Assembly (NCBI GenBank): GCA_963802575.1
Contig: CAWDJF010000001.1
Location: 111,321 to 175,320, forward strand
Source: Terriglobia bacterium
GTDB lineage: Bacteria; Acidobacteriota; Terriglobia; Terriglobales; Acidobacteriaceae
Length of the DNA: 64,000 nt
Direction of reading: 5' to 3'
The notes below the pieces were generated by a model. That model did no database searches. It was given only the letters and a program-made list of their open reading frames with translations, and was not told the DNA's origin. Made by a program: the position numbers and the translations under genes. Shown here piece after piece: positions 19,887 to 28,413 of this stretch; positions within the stretch are counted from its first letter, which is position 1, and the number at the start of each line of letters is the position of its first letter.

Positions 19887-20525
19887 TTAGGCGATTCTCT
19901 GCGAATCATTCGCGGTCAAAGTCTTTTTCCTGAACGCCCGAGCCGCCAGCCAGATCGCCAGCCCGACCAGCACCGCCCCCAGCGCCCATCGCCAGTGCGT
20001 CTTGAGAACCGAGCTCATGATGTGCACGATGTCTGGTCCAAACTTGATCGTCAGGATGGCCAGCAGTAAGAAGCGCAGGAATCGTCCCGCGAAAATGGCC
20101 AGGAGGAAGTGCGAGAACTGCATCTCGGAGACCGAGGCCGCCAGCACGAATAACTTGAACGGCGTCGGCGGAGGCAGCATGGCGGGAAACATCAATCCCC
20201 AGAACGGATGCTTCTCAAACGCAGCATGAATTTTCGCGAAGCGCTCCGCCGGAATGCGCTTGCGCAGCAATTCCTCGCCGCCCTTATATCCGATCACGTA
20301 AATGACGATGCTGCCCAGCGCGGATCCCGCCGCCGCCATGACCACGTAGAGCAGAAAGCGCGAAGGATTCTGGTACACGTAAGCAGCCACTACCGCATCA
20401 ACCGGCATGCCCAATAGGCTGCCGTCGAGACCCGCCATAGCAAAGACTCCCCAAGCCCCAAGCGGCTTGAGCAAGGCCCACAAGAAGGCGGTGTAGCGAG
20501 TGAGGATGTGTTTGACGGTATTCAA
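19887..20525 (-). CDS. DedA/YqaA (VTT domain) family membrane protein
   Basis: Pattern FAMAGLDGSLLGMPVDAVV......FLLYVVMAAAGSALGSIVIYVIGYKGGE...P.PFKLFVLAA. Confidence 0.65.
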   Translation of the reverse strand: MNTVKHILTRYTAFLWALLKPLGAWGVFAMAGLDGSLLGMPVDAVVAAYVYQNPSRFLLYVVMAAAGSALGSIVIYVIGYKGGEELLRKRIPAERFAKIHAAFEKHPFWGLMFPAMLPPPTPFKLFVLAASVSEMQFSHFLLAIFAGRFLRFLLLAILTIKFGPDIVHIMSSVLKTHWRWALGAVLVGLAIWLAARAFRKKTLTANDSQRIA

Positions 20526-20681
20526 AACGTGATTTTAGAAGTGTACGCGAAACTATAGTGGGGAAAGAAATCATGTCCCGACGGCCGCCTTCGGCTGTCC
20601 CCGAGGCAATAAGTCGCGGCACGTAGTCATCAAAGATGCGGGAAGCGTAAAATCTGAAGCCGCGTCGTGACGGAGAGCAAA

Positions 20682-21503
20682 ATGAACGCGCCGCAAGACT
20701 CCCCGCAAAGAGCGGGACTGAGCGATGCGCTGGCCGCCGAGCGAACCTTCCTCGCATGGATTCGCACCGGCCTCGCGCTCATGGGCTTCGGCTTCGTGGT
20801 CGCGCGCTTCGGCCTGTTTTTGAAGCAACTGCAGTTTCTCCAGCACGGCGCTACGGACCCGTCTTACGGGCTGTCGCTCTGGTTCGGAACCGCGCTCATC
20901 GTGGCGGGCGTCACCGTAAATCTTTTTTCCGCCTGGCATCATTTTCGCCTGATGCGACAGCTGGAGCAGGGAGGGCCCATCCCTTCTCGTCCTTCTACCG
21001 AAGCCATTCTGGTCGCGCTGTTTCTCGCTTTGACCGGAATCGCGATGGCCATCTACCTGATCTCCACCCGCGGCACGACAACTTCCAACAACCGTCAGGA
21101 GGTTTCAATGTCCCCCGCTATCAACAGAGGCATAATCGACAAACCCAGCAATCATTCAGTCGACCAGACCGTAGAGCGGCTCAAAGGCATCCTTCAATCC
21201 AAGAGCGTTACCCTGTTCGCCGTAGTCGATCACAGCGGAGAAGCCGAAAAGGTGGGGATGAAAATGCCTCCGACCAAGCTGTTCATCTTCGGCAATCCGA
21301 AAGCCGGAACTCCGCTGATGCTGGCCTCGCCCAGCACCGCGATCGATCTTCCGCTAAAAATCTTGGTCTGGGAAGATGTGCAGGGAAAAGTCTGGATCAG
21401 CTACAACAGTCCGGCCTACTTGCAGGAGCGGCACAATCTGCCAGCGGAGCTGCTGCCAAACATCGCGGTCGTCGAAACTCTGGCGGCCAAGGCTGCAGAA
21501 TAA
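20682..21503 (+). CDS. DUF202 (YidH-like membrane) - DUF302 fusion protein
   Basis: N-terminus LAAERTFLAWIRTGLALMGFGFVVARF plus two more TM helices; C-terminus VDQTVERLKGILQSKSVTLFAVVDHSGEAEKVGM.MPPTKLFIFGNPKAGTPLM...IDLPLKILVWED..GKVWISYNSP. Confidence 0.7.
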   Translation: MNAPQDSPQRAGLSDALAAERTFLAWIRTGLALMGFGFVVARFGLFLKQLQFLQHGATDPSYGLSLWFGTALIVAGVTVNLFSAWHHFRLMRQLEQGGPIPSRPSTEAILVALFLALTGIAMAIYLISTRGTTTSNNRQEVSMSPAINRGIIDKPSNHSVDQTVERLKGILQSKSVTLFAVVDHSGEAEKVGMKMPPTKLFIFGNPKAGTPLMLASPSTAIDLPLKILVWEDVQGKVWISYNSPAYLQERHNLPAELLPNIAVVETLAAKAAE

Positions 21504-21544
21504 TTCAGATCAGATTCGAACTGACCACACGGCTCGTTTTCTGA

Positions 21545-22126
21545 ATGCAAACTATGGATGGCACCGTCTCATCGCCGCTGCGCGTGATTTTTGGCCGCCT
21601 TTCGATTGTTGTCGGTAACCTAGTGCAGGTCGCTGGCTTAGCGGGCGCTTGTTTCGCCCTGACGGCGGCGCGGTATGCCCATTCGATCATAGGCGCTGCG
21701 GTCGCGATGATCGTCGGTTGGGCTCTTCTCTATTTTTTCTGTCACGCGATTGCCCATTGGTTGGTAGGACGAATTCTTGGCATCCGGTTCGCCTTCTACA
21801 CGGTGGGTGGAACCGGGAACCCGGAAGGTTATCCCGTTGGACTCCGCTGGCTGTTCGAACATCTGCCGTTTTTCGGAGTGCAGACCGAGAAAGGTTCGAT
21901 GCAGAGCGCCAGCCCCAAAGCCAAGGCGATCATGTGGTCAGCGGGAGTGACGTCTTCTGCCGTAGTCCCGACTTTGGGTGTGCTCTGGGCGTGGCACGCG
22001 GGAATCCCCGGGAGTAAGTTGTTCCTTCTATTCGCGCTGGGGTGGGCAGCTGGAACCTTGGCGAGCAACTGGAGAAGCGCTACTGGAGACTATTCCAAAG
22101 CCCGACGCGCCCTAAGAGGTCAGTAA
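21545..22126 (+). CDS. Hypothetical polytopic membrane protein
   Basis: Several hydrophobic helices; no recognisable motif. Confidence 0.45.
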   Translation: MQTMDGTVSSPLRVIFGRLSIVVGNLVQVAGLAGACFALTAARYAHSIIGAAVAMIVGWALLYFFCHAIAHWLVGRILGIRFAFYTVGGTGNPEGYPVGLRWLFEHLPFFGVQTEKGSMQSASPKAKAIMWSAGVTSSAVVPTLGVLWAWHAGIPGSKLFLLFALGWAAGTLASNWRSATGDYSKARRALRGQ

Positions 22127-22243
22127 GCGGCACCCCGGATGCGATGCTGCAACCGGGTCGATCTAGGCAGAAACCTTGTGCGTTCGGACTGCAAGGCGTT
22201 ACAGTAGCGGCGGAATTCCAAACTGAAAGCGACGGCCCCATTG

Positions 22244-23551
22244 ATGCCCTCGGTAAGAGCTAAGCGCCTCGTTTTGCTTCTGCTAGTTTTCTTTTTTCCT
22301 GCCTCCCTCGCGTCAGCTGGACAGAACCGTGCGACAAGCGAGCGATCGTGGTCCGGCACGCTGGTATCGAGCGCCTGCAACGCGGACGAAGCTTTCAACG
22401 AAGCCCCCGCATGCAGCAAGACCATTTCAGGTGCGAAGGTAGCGCTCTACGACGACACTACTCGCGTCATGTACGACCTCGAGCCGCAGTCGAGAGTCAC
22501 CGGGCACCTCGGCGACTCAGTCACCGTCCGAGGCGTACTCGATGAGGATACGATTCATCTGATTTCCATCGAGCCCATGTCAATTGGGCTCGCCGTCGGT
22601 CAGAAGGCTCCCGCGTTCTCGATGATTGACCAGTTCGGCCACATCCAAACTCTCGATTCATTGAAGGGGAGTAAGGGCACGGTCCTTCTCTTTTTCCGTT
22701 CCGCCGACTGGTGACCGTTCTGCAAAGGGCAGCTGGTCCAGCTGCAGAGCGCCGTTCCGCGATTCGAGAAACAAGGGCTGAAGCTCGCTGCGATCAGCTA
22801 CGACTCGGAAGAGATACTGAAATTCTTTGCCGACGCTCACAAGATCGACTACCCGATGCTCGGGGATCCCGACTCGAAGACGATCAAGGCCTATGGTGTC
22901 TTTAATGCTGAAGCGACAGGGATGCAGAAGGGCTTCGCTCGTCCGGGATATTTCTTCATCGATGCCAAGGGCATGATTCGAGAAAAATTCTTCGAAGCAA
23001 AATACCGAGAGCGGCTCACGGGAAACAGCATCATCGCCAAACTTTTCCCGGAGCTCGGCCAGGAAGTTACCGACACGGTCGACGCTCCGAATCTCCAACT
23101 GGCCCTGGAACAATCCGATCGCGTTGCGGTTCCGGGCACCCGCGTCACCCTCGCCGCCGAGGTTCGCCTGCCTCCGGACGTGCACGTCTACGCGCCGGGC
23201 GCAGAAGGCTATAAGCCGATCAAGCTGACCATCGATCCCGTTGCTCAATTGGAATTCAAGCCGGCAGTCTTTCCGCCATCGCAAATCTTGTATATGCCCG
23301 CAATCAAGGAGAAGGTCCCCGTCTTCGAAGGAACCTTCCGCATCACGCAGGACGTGAAGGTCAGTACTACCGCCGACTTCTGGAGTTCGCTCGGGAAAGA
23401 CGGCAAGGTCTTGGAGATTTCAGGCAAGCTCGACTACCAGGCCTGCAACCAGACCGAGTGTTTCCTGCCGAAATCCATCCCGGTGAAATGGCAGTTGCAG
23501 GTTCTTCCGCTGGACCGCACCCGCGCTCCGGAGGAGATTCGCCACAAATAA
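22244..23551 (+). CDS. Secreted peroxiredoxin-like (AhpC/TSA-redoxin) / DsbD-alpha-like fusion with in-frame TGA (22712-22714) at the first redox Cys: candidate selenoprotein (W-U-P-F-C)
   Basis: ORFs 22241-22714 and 22856-23551 are in the same frame with no other stop between them; readthrough gives VLLFFRSADW[TGA]PFCKGQLVQLQ...AISYDS...YPMLGDP...YGV; C-terminal domain ends with YQACNQTECFLP; signal peptide ...FPASLASA. Confidence 0.65.
22729..22745 (+). promoter_or_regulatory. Candidate bacterial SECIS hairpin GCAGCU-GGUCC-AGCUGC, 14 nt downstream of the UGA
   Basis: Perfectly complementary arms; the apical GGUC resembles the E. coli fdhF SECIS apical loop (UGCA-GGUC-UGCA), where the loop G and U contact SelB. 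Confidence 0.5.
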
Positions 23552-23554
23552 ATC

Positions 23555-24310
23555 TTACTTTGGAGCTTCCGTTCGCGCAGCACCGTCCTGGACCGTCTTT
23601 GTGGTGGCTGACTTGTCGATCCTGGTTTTTACGGGCGAGGCACATGCGGCCGGAGGATTCGTCATCTGCTTGATGAACACGCTGTAGCCTGAACCTCCCG
23701 GTCTTAGGGTTGACCAGTAGGATGACTGTGTCAGCAAGGGCCGGTGCTTTACCATGAGCTGATCAAAAAGGATCTTGACTCCGCACTCCAGATTGTTTTT
23801 CGGCTGAAGAATTGTTTTGCCCGGATCTTTTGCTTTCTTCGCGCGATCAGCTTCCCAGTCGAAGTCGCAGCCGTAGCGCTTGGCGTCGGCATAGGCAAGC
23901 TGCAACAATCCTTCGGTACGCACGTCGTCTTTGGGCACGGAATTTTGCGCTGCGACTTCTGGCGAAACCTGGCGGACGCTCGAGGTTGGATTCAATCCAG
24001 CCTCCGCCCCGGCCAGCGCCTGAAAGAAATACGCCCAGAAAGCGCGCTTGTCGGTTTCCGCCATGGCATAAAATCGCGGACAAAATCGAACGACGCCTCG
24101 CGGCACTCGTGCAGAGAGCATCTCGGGCGGCACTGCTTTCTCAACGATTTCGTCCCATTGAGGATCCCACGGTGTCCCACCAAGTTCAGCTTTCTTCTCA
24201 TCGATCGGCGTCGGCGGCGCAGGCTTGGTCTCTTGCCCCTGAGAGCCTGTCAGGACCGCCAAGAGCAGGACGCCTGCGACCGACGATGTTCTAAAGAACG
24301 ACTTTTCCAT
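23555..24310 (-). CDS. Secreted protein, possibly a lytic transglycosylase (SLT)-like fold
   Basis: Signal peptide; segment RTEGLLQLAYADAKRYG resembles the catalytic E..GL.Q motif; weak assignment; TTG 24319 is an alternative start. Confidence 0.4.
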   Translation of the reverse strand: MEKSFFRTSSVAGVLLLAVLTGSQGQETKPAPPTPIDEKKAELGGTPWDPQWDEIVEKAVPPEMLSARVPRGVVRFCPRFYAMAETDKRAFWAYFFQALAGAEAGLNPTSSVRQVSPEVAAQNSVPKDDVRTEGLLQLAYADAKRYGCDFDWEADRAKKAKDPGKTILQPKNNLECGVKILFDQLMVKHRPLLTQSSYWSTLRPGGSGYSVFIKQMTNPPAACASPVKTRIDKSATTKTVQDGAARTEAPK

Positions 24311-24440
24311 GCGGATCAACCTTCGATAGCAGGAACGCCGTACAGAGATGGCTATCGTGACGCAGTGGTTGGATACAGATTACCCCCTTTCCCAAACTAG
24401 CCAACCCTGCATGGCCGCCCTGTCATCAGAGATGACCGAC

Positions 24441-24806
24441 ATGGCCTTCCCAAAATACGTTCACATTTCCGGAATTTTGCTGCTGGCTGCCCTTGCAGGG
24501 TGCACCCAAAAACAAGAGAGCCCGCAAGAGTTGAAAGAAAAAACCGCTCAGGCCACGGCTGACCTGAAGCGCGATACGAGGGCAGTGGCAGAAGGCATCC
24601 GCGAAGGCTGGAGCCGAGACAAGCCCCTCGATCTGAATTCGGCGAGCAAAGATCAGTTGGTAAGCCTGCCAGGAGTGACCGAAGGCGAAGCCGATCGCAT
24701 CATTGCATCTCGCCCCTACAACGACCCGGACGATCTGGTAACGCGCCACGTGATGTCAAAGAGTGAATACGACAAGATCTCGGACCGCCTGGTCGCGAAG
24801 AAATAA
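24441..24806 (+). CDS. ComEA-like helix-hairpin-helix lipoprotein
   Basis: Lipobox LAALAGC; C-terminus LDLNSASKDQLVSLPGVTEGEADRIIASRPY. Confidence 0.7.
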   Translation: MAFPKYVHISGILLLAALAGCTQKQESPQELKEKTAQATADLKRDTRAVAEGIREGWSRDKPLDLNSASKDQLVSLPGVTEGEADRIIASRPYNDPDDLVTRHVMSKSEYDKISDRLVAKK

Positions 24807-24854
24807 GCACATAGCGACGGACGCTTCGCCCGTTCCCGAACCGAAGCGAGAAAC

Positions 24855-25352
24855 CTACTCATGCTCCGTCTTCCCACCCAATAACTGCAATGCATGTGGC
24901 AGCAACTCCACCACCGCTTCCAGCGATTCCACCGCCCCTTTAGGACTTCCGGGCACATTCAGGATGATCGACTCCCCTTTCACCCCGCATAGCCCGCGGC
25001 TCAACGCCGCAAAGGGAGTCTTCTTCGAGCCCTCGAGCCGCATGCGCTCTGCCACGCCTTCGAGTAGGCGATCGCACACCGCGCGCGTCGCCTCCGGAGT
25101 CACATCCCGCTTCGCGATTCCCGTTCCTCCCGTGGTCACCACCAGCCGCGCTTGCGACGCCAGTTTTACGATCACGGCTGCAATCGCAGTCCGTTCGTCG
25201 GGCACTACCTCGCGCGCCACCACCTGGAAATTGTTTCTGGAAAGAACCTCGGCAACGGCGGGCCCGGAAAGATCTTCGCGTTCGCCGCGCGAGGAAGAAT
25301 CACTGACAGTGAGAACCGCTGCGGTGAAAGCCTCAGGTGTCGAGGAGGACAT
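24855..25352 (-). CDS. mogA: Molybdopterin adenylyltransferase MogA/MoaB family
   Basis: AAVLTVSDSSSRGERED.SGP......VVTTGGTGIAKRDVTPEAT......PGSPKGAVE; the start overlaps the upstream gene by 20 nt, with GGAGGAAG as RBS. Confidence 0.85.
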   Translation of the reverse strand: MSSSTPEAFTAAVLTVSDSSSRGEREDLSGPAVAEVLSRNNFQVVAREVVPDERTAIAAVIVKLASQARLVVTTGGTGIAKRDVTPEATRAVCDRLLEGVAERMRLEGSKKTPFAALSRGLCGVKGESIILNVPGSPKGAVESLEAVVELLPHALQLLGGKTEHE

Positions 25353-26097
25353 CTTCTTCCTCCGCGCCTCCGCCCTCGCGAGCGGATTCGTCCAACAAAC
25401 GCAAGCCTTCCATGAGGAGGCCCTGAGTGTTCAGCTGCGTAGTTTGTTTCGTACTCTTGCCTTCGAAGTCCATCTGGAAGTTGCCGCTCGTCCAGCGCAG
25501 AACCTTGAACACGGCTTTGTCCCCGGTCAGATCGCCATATTCGGCGTGCGTCACCTGGCCTTCGACGAAATACATTTCGCACTTTTCGTTCTCGTTGGTG
25601 AAGGTCAGGGCACAGCTCTTGCGTCCCATTTCGAGCGACTGCACCAGGTCGATCACGTTCATCTGCGACAAACTGCCTCGCACCTGCCCGTCGGACGCCA
25701 CCGACTTCGCCATCTTTTCAAGGGCAATCTTGTCGATCACGCGCTTGATCCGTTGGGTCGCTTCTTTGAGGAAGAATGGCTTCTCGACAAAGTCGTCCAC
25801 CGGATGATCCTGTGCCGACAGCTTCTCAGTGATGTCCGCCTTGGTCGCCAGCAGAATCACCGACAACCCCGCCATCGGGGGACGGCTTCGCAGCCGCTCG
25901 ACCAACTGGCGGCCGTCCATGCCCGGCATGCGGTAATCGCTGACCAGCAAATCAGGAGGATCGTCGATGGCCTTGACCAATGCGTCGGCGGAATCGGTGG
26001 CGGTCGAGACAATGGCAAGCGGCGCCAATGCCCCGCGTAACATCCCCAGCACCATGGGATTGTCGTCGACCAGAAGGACTTTGACGTTGTTCGGCAT
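25333..26097 (-). CDS. Response regulator: N-terminal REC domain, C-terminal DUF4388 (PATAN-like) domain
   Basis: REC: KVLLVDDNPMV...DLLVSDYRMPGMDG...DDFVEKPF; C-terminus: GSLSQMNVIDLVQSLEMGRKSCALTF....EKCEMYFVEGQVTHAEYGDLTGDKAVFKVLRWTSGNF. Confidence 0.8.
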   Translation of the reverse strand: MPNNVKVLLVDDNPMVLGMLRGALAPLAIVSTATDSADALVKAIDDPPDLLVSDYRMPGMDGRQLVERLRSRPPMAGLSVILLATKADITEKLSAQDHPVDDFVEKPFFLKEATQRIKRVIDKIALEKMAKSVASDGQVRGSLSQMNVIDLVQSLEMGRKSCALTFTNENEKCEMYFVEGQVTHAEYGDLTGDKAVFKVLRWTSGNFQMDFEGKSTKQTTQLNTQGLLMEGLRLLDESAREGGGAEEEDVLLDT

Positions 26098-26106
26098 GCC
26101 CGGGTA

Positions 26107-26589
26107 TTAAGATTTCTTCTTCCGCGAGCGGACGTAATCGCCGCTCTTTCCCCCGGACTTCCGCTCCAGCACTATCTCGCGGATCTCAATTCCCTTGTCC
26201 AGGGCCTTGCACATATCGTACACCGTCAGAGCGGCTACGCTGGCCGCCACCAGCGCTTCCATTTCCACTCCAGTCACGGCGGTGGTCGTTACTTTTGAGC
26301 TAATAGCGACGCCATTCTCGCACACGCGCAGGGTCACATCAACGTGGGAAAGCGGCAAGGGATGGCACATCGGGATCAAGTCGGAAGTTTTCTTCGCGGC
26401 CATCATTCCCGCCAGCCGCGCAACTTCCAGAGGATCGCCCTTGGGATTCTTTGGAAGCGCTTTCAGCACTGCCGGCTTCAGGGCCACAAAAGCACTGGCC
26501 TCGGCTTCGCGCTTGGTCGCTGCTTTGGCAGACACGTCCACCATGCTCGCGCGTCCGGTGTGATCGTAATGAGAGAGCTTCTTGGGCAT
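26107..26589 (-). CDS. moaC: Cyclic pyranopterin monophosphate synthase MoaC
   Basis: [23 protein letters not shown]......[29 protein letters not shown]...[21 protein letters not shown]. Confidence 0.9.
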   Translation of the reverse strand: MPKKLSHYDHTGRASMVDVSAKAATKREAEASAFVALKPAVLKALPKNPKGDPLEVARLAGMMAAKKTSDLIPMCHPLPLSHVDVTLRVCENGVAISSKVTTTAVTGVEMEALVAASVAALTVYDMCKALDKGIEIREIVLERKSGGKSGDYVRSRKKKS

Positions 26590-26637
26590 GGCGACAGTAC
26601 ATAGTAAATGTTTCAAGGGAGGGTATCATCCAGCGCC

Positions 26638-26679
26638 GGGTGCCCCGTCCTTGTCGCGTTCTTTGCGACAGGGCGGGAT
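26638..26679 (+). repeat. REP-like hairpin family A
   Basis: GGGTGCCCCGTCCTTGTCGC-GTTCTTT-GCGACAGGGCGGGAT. Confidence 0.6.
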
Positions 26680-26750
26680 TCCGTAAAAGTCCTGCATCAC
26701 GAAACCGAGCGGTCCCCACGCCGCATAGGTTCGAGAATCACCCACGCAAA

Positions 26751-28313
26751 CTACGGCGCAAACGCCGCGCCCCATCCCCCAACTTTATCCTCATCGAGCG
26801 CCCGGGCCGCTGACACCAGCATGTAACCTTGGAGCGTGTGATCGCGAATCGCCTGAATGCGGCCGATCACATGCGTCGGATCTAGCCGCGTCCCAATCTC
26901 AGTCAGCTTTTGCATCGCGTCCATTCCGTCCCACGAATAGACGTGCCATTCGGGATGCTCTTTACGCGACTCTTCGCAGGCCTGTTCGCCCAGGTCGAGA
27001 CCCTTCCCGATCGAGTCACGAGCTAAAGGGAGGTCGTGCAGCGAGGCTGCCGACTCCGCGATCGCGACGTACGTATCCAACTTCTCGCCCGCTTTCTTCA
27101 TAGATGCCAAGGACTGCTGCGACTGATGAAGCATCCCGAGCGCCTGGTCGGGGTGATCCCCAAAACCAGCCGCCGCGTAGGCCATTCCGATCGCTTGGCG
27201 GGCCGGATCGCTGATCGACATGGCCAGCGTCAGCGCCTGGTTGGGATCTTTCGAAGCGAGCTCTTGAGTCTGATCAAGCCGGCCCTGTTCCAACAAATAT
27301 TGTTCTTTGCCAGCCAGTTCAGCAGTCGAAGGAGGATTATCCTGGTTCTTAAAGACAACCCCTCCTTCCGAGTTTAGAACCTTCCCGCGTGCCGCATCAG
27401 CTTGAGCCAGTTCTGCATGTTGCTCGACCAATCGCTGTGCCCAGTCCGGATCCACCTCGCGAACCATGGGAAGAATGTCAAAGAGCAATTGTGCGTTCTG
27501 TGTATGAAAATCCGCCACGCCCTTGTCGGTGTAAACCCGAACCCTCCACTGGCGATCGTCCTTCTCACCTGAATCTGAAGTGAGCGCTTTCACGAGCGCC
27601 TCTAACGGTTGTCGCCGCGTAGAGAGCGGCATGAGCGGCTTCACCTGCTTCAGGAAATCGACGAACTCGTAATTCGTCATCTCGAACTTCGTGCCCCGCT
27701 GGTAAAAGGTCACTGCCTCACTGATCAATGCTGCGCTTTTCGCGGGGTCCTTCGCATTGACTCCTTGAATCACCGCAACCATAGCGCCGTAAGGATATTC
27801 CCCGGTTTCCCCGAGATGATCTGCAGTCCGTTGAATCTTCGCGAGGCCGGCCATCCCGGCTGTCTGCCAATACTCCTTGAAGATTCTTCTCGCCGCCACA
27901 TCGCGTACATCTTCCGCATCGCTGTCGGTCGGACTCGGCGGCTCGCATTCATCAAGCATTTGTAGCGCTCGATGAATATCAATCCACGACATCGCCGTCG
28001 CCGCGTTCTTCTGTGTCACCACCCGGTCGTAACCCGGCGATAACTGCAGGGCCAGACGGAACACTTCTTCCGTCCACGGACGCATCAGAGCCGGATGCCA
28101 CTTCGCGGAAGGCATAATCAACTCGGTCAGAAGCCACACCCGTTCCTCCGGCGGAAGTTCTTTGCTCAGGAAGTACCCGCGCTGCAACAAGCGCTCAGAC
28201 GAAACGTAAGGGGATAGCTTGTTTTCTTTTACAGGCGAAGACTTTTGTTGCGGGTGAGCCGGGTAAATCCAGATTAGAACGAAAGCTAGAAGCGCCGCTC
28301 TGGGTCGAAACAT
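26751..28313 (-). CDS. Secreted all-alpha hypothetical protein (about 520 aa) located between moeA and moaC
   Basis: Signal-like N-terminus MFRPRAALLAFVLIWIYPAHPQ; no recognisable domain. Confidence 0.5.
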   Translation of the reverse strand: MFRPRAALLAFVLIWIYPAHPQQKSSPVKENKLSPYVSSERLLQRGYFLSKELPPEERVWLLTELIMPSAKWHPALMRPWTEEVFRLALQLSPGYDRVVTQKNAATAMSWIDIHRALQMLDECEPPSPTDSDAEDVRDVAARRIFKEYWQTAGMAGLAKIQRTADHLGETGEYPYGAMVAVIQGVNAKDPAKSAALISEAVTFYQRGTKFEMTNYEFVDFLKQVKPLMPLSTRRQPLEALVKALTSDSGEKDDRQWRVRVYTDKGVADFHTQNAQLLFDILPMVREVDPDWAQRLVEQHAELAQADAARGKVLNSEGGVVFKNQDNPPSTAELAGKEQYLLEQGRLDQTQELASKDPNQALTLAMSISDPARQAIGMAYAAAGFGDHPDQALGMLHQSQQSLASMKKAGEKLDTYVAIAESAASLHDLPLARDSIGKGLDLGEQACEESRKEHPEWHVYSWDGMDAMQKLTEIGTRLDPTHVIGRIQAIRDHTLQGYMLVSAARALDEDKVGGWGAAFAP

Positions 28314-28413
28314 AGTCGACCTCCAGTCCAAATGACGAGAGCCAAATTCTACACAAATCAGGTGGCGACCGAGCCTGCACAACCCCGCCGAGGGGTGCGC
28401 GTAGGTCTAAGAA

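Noticed and set aside
22712-22714. TGA as a genuine stop separating a truncated redoxin fragment from an independent downstream protein starting at ATG 22856
   Set aside because: The stop falls inside the W-C-P-F-C motif. The 47 codons between it and ATG 22856 stay open and encode the expected continuation of the redoxin fold. A SECIS-like hairpin follows. The true-stop reading remains the alternative if Sec machinery is absent.
24763-26040. Long + strand ORF (425 aa) antisense to mogA and the response regulator. Similar long shadow ORFs occur at 38349-39464 (-), 42515-43804 (+), 62623-63573 (-), 13056-13787 (-) and 52809-53435 (-)
   Set aside because: They lie opposite genes with strong family signatures, are Arg/Ala/Gly-rich and low in complexity with no motifs, and are expected by chance in about 60% GC DNA.
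26590-26750. Moco riboswitch upstream of moaC, also considered at 29674-29804 and 30957-31175
   Set aside because: These gaps are occupied by REP-like elements or unstructured sequence, and no Moco-motif conserved blocks were recognised by eye.
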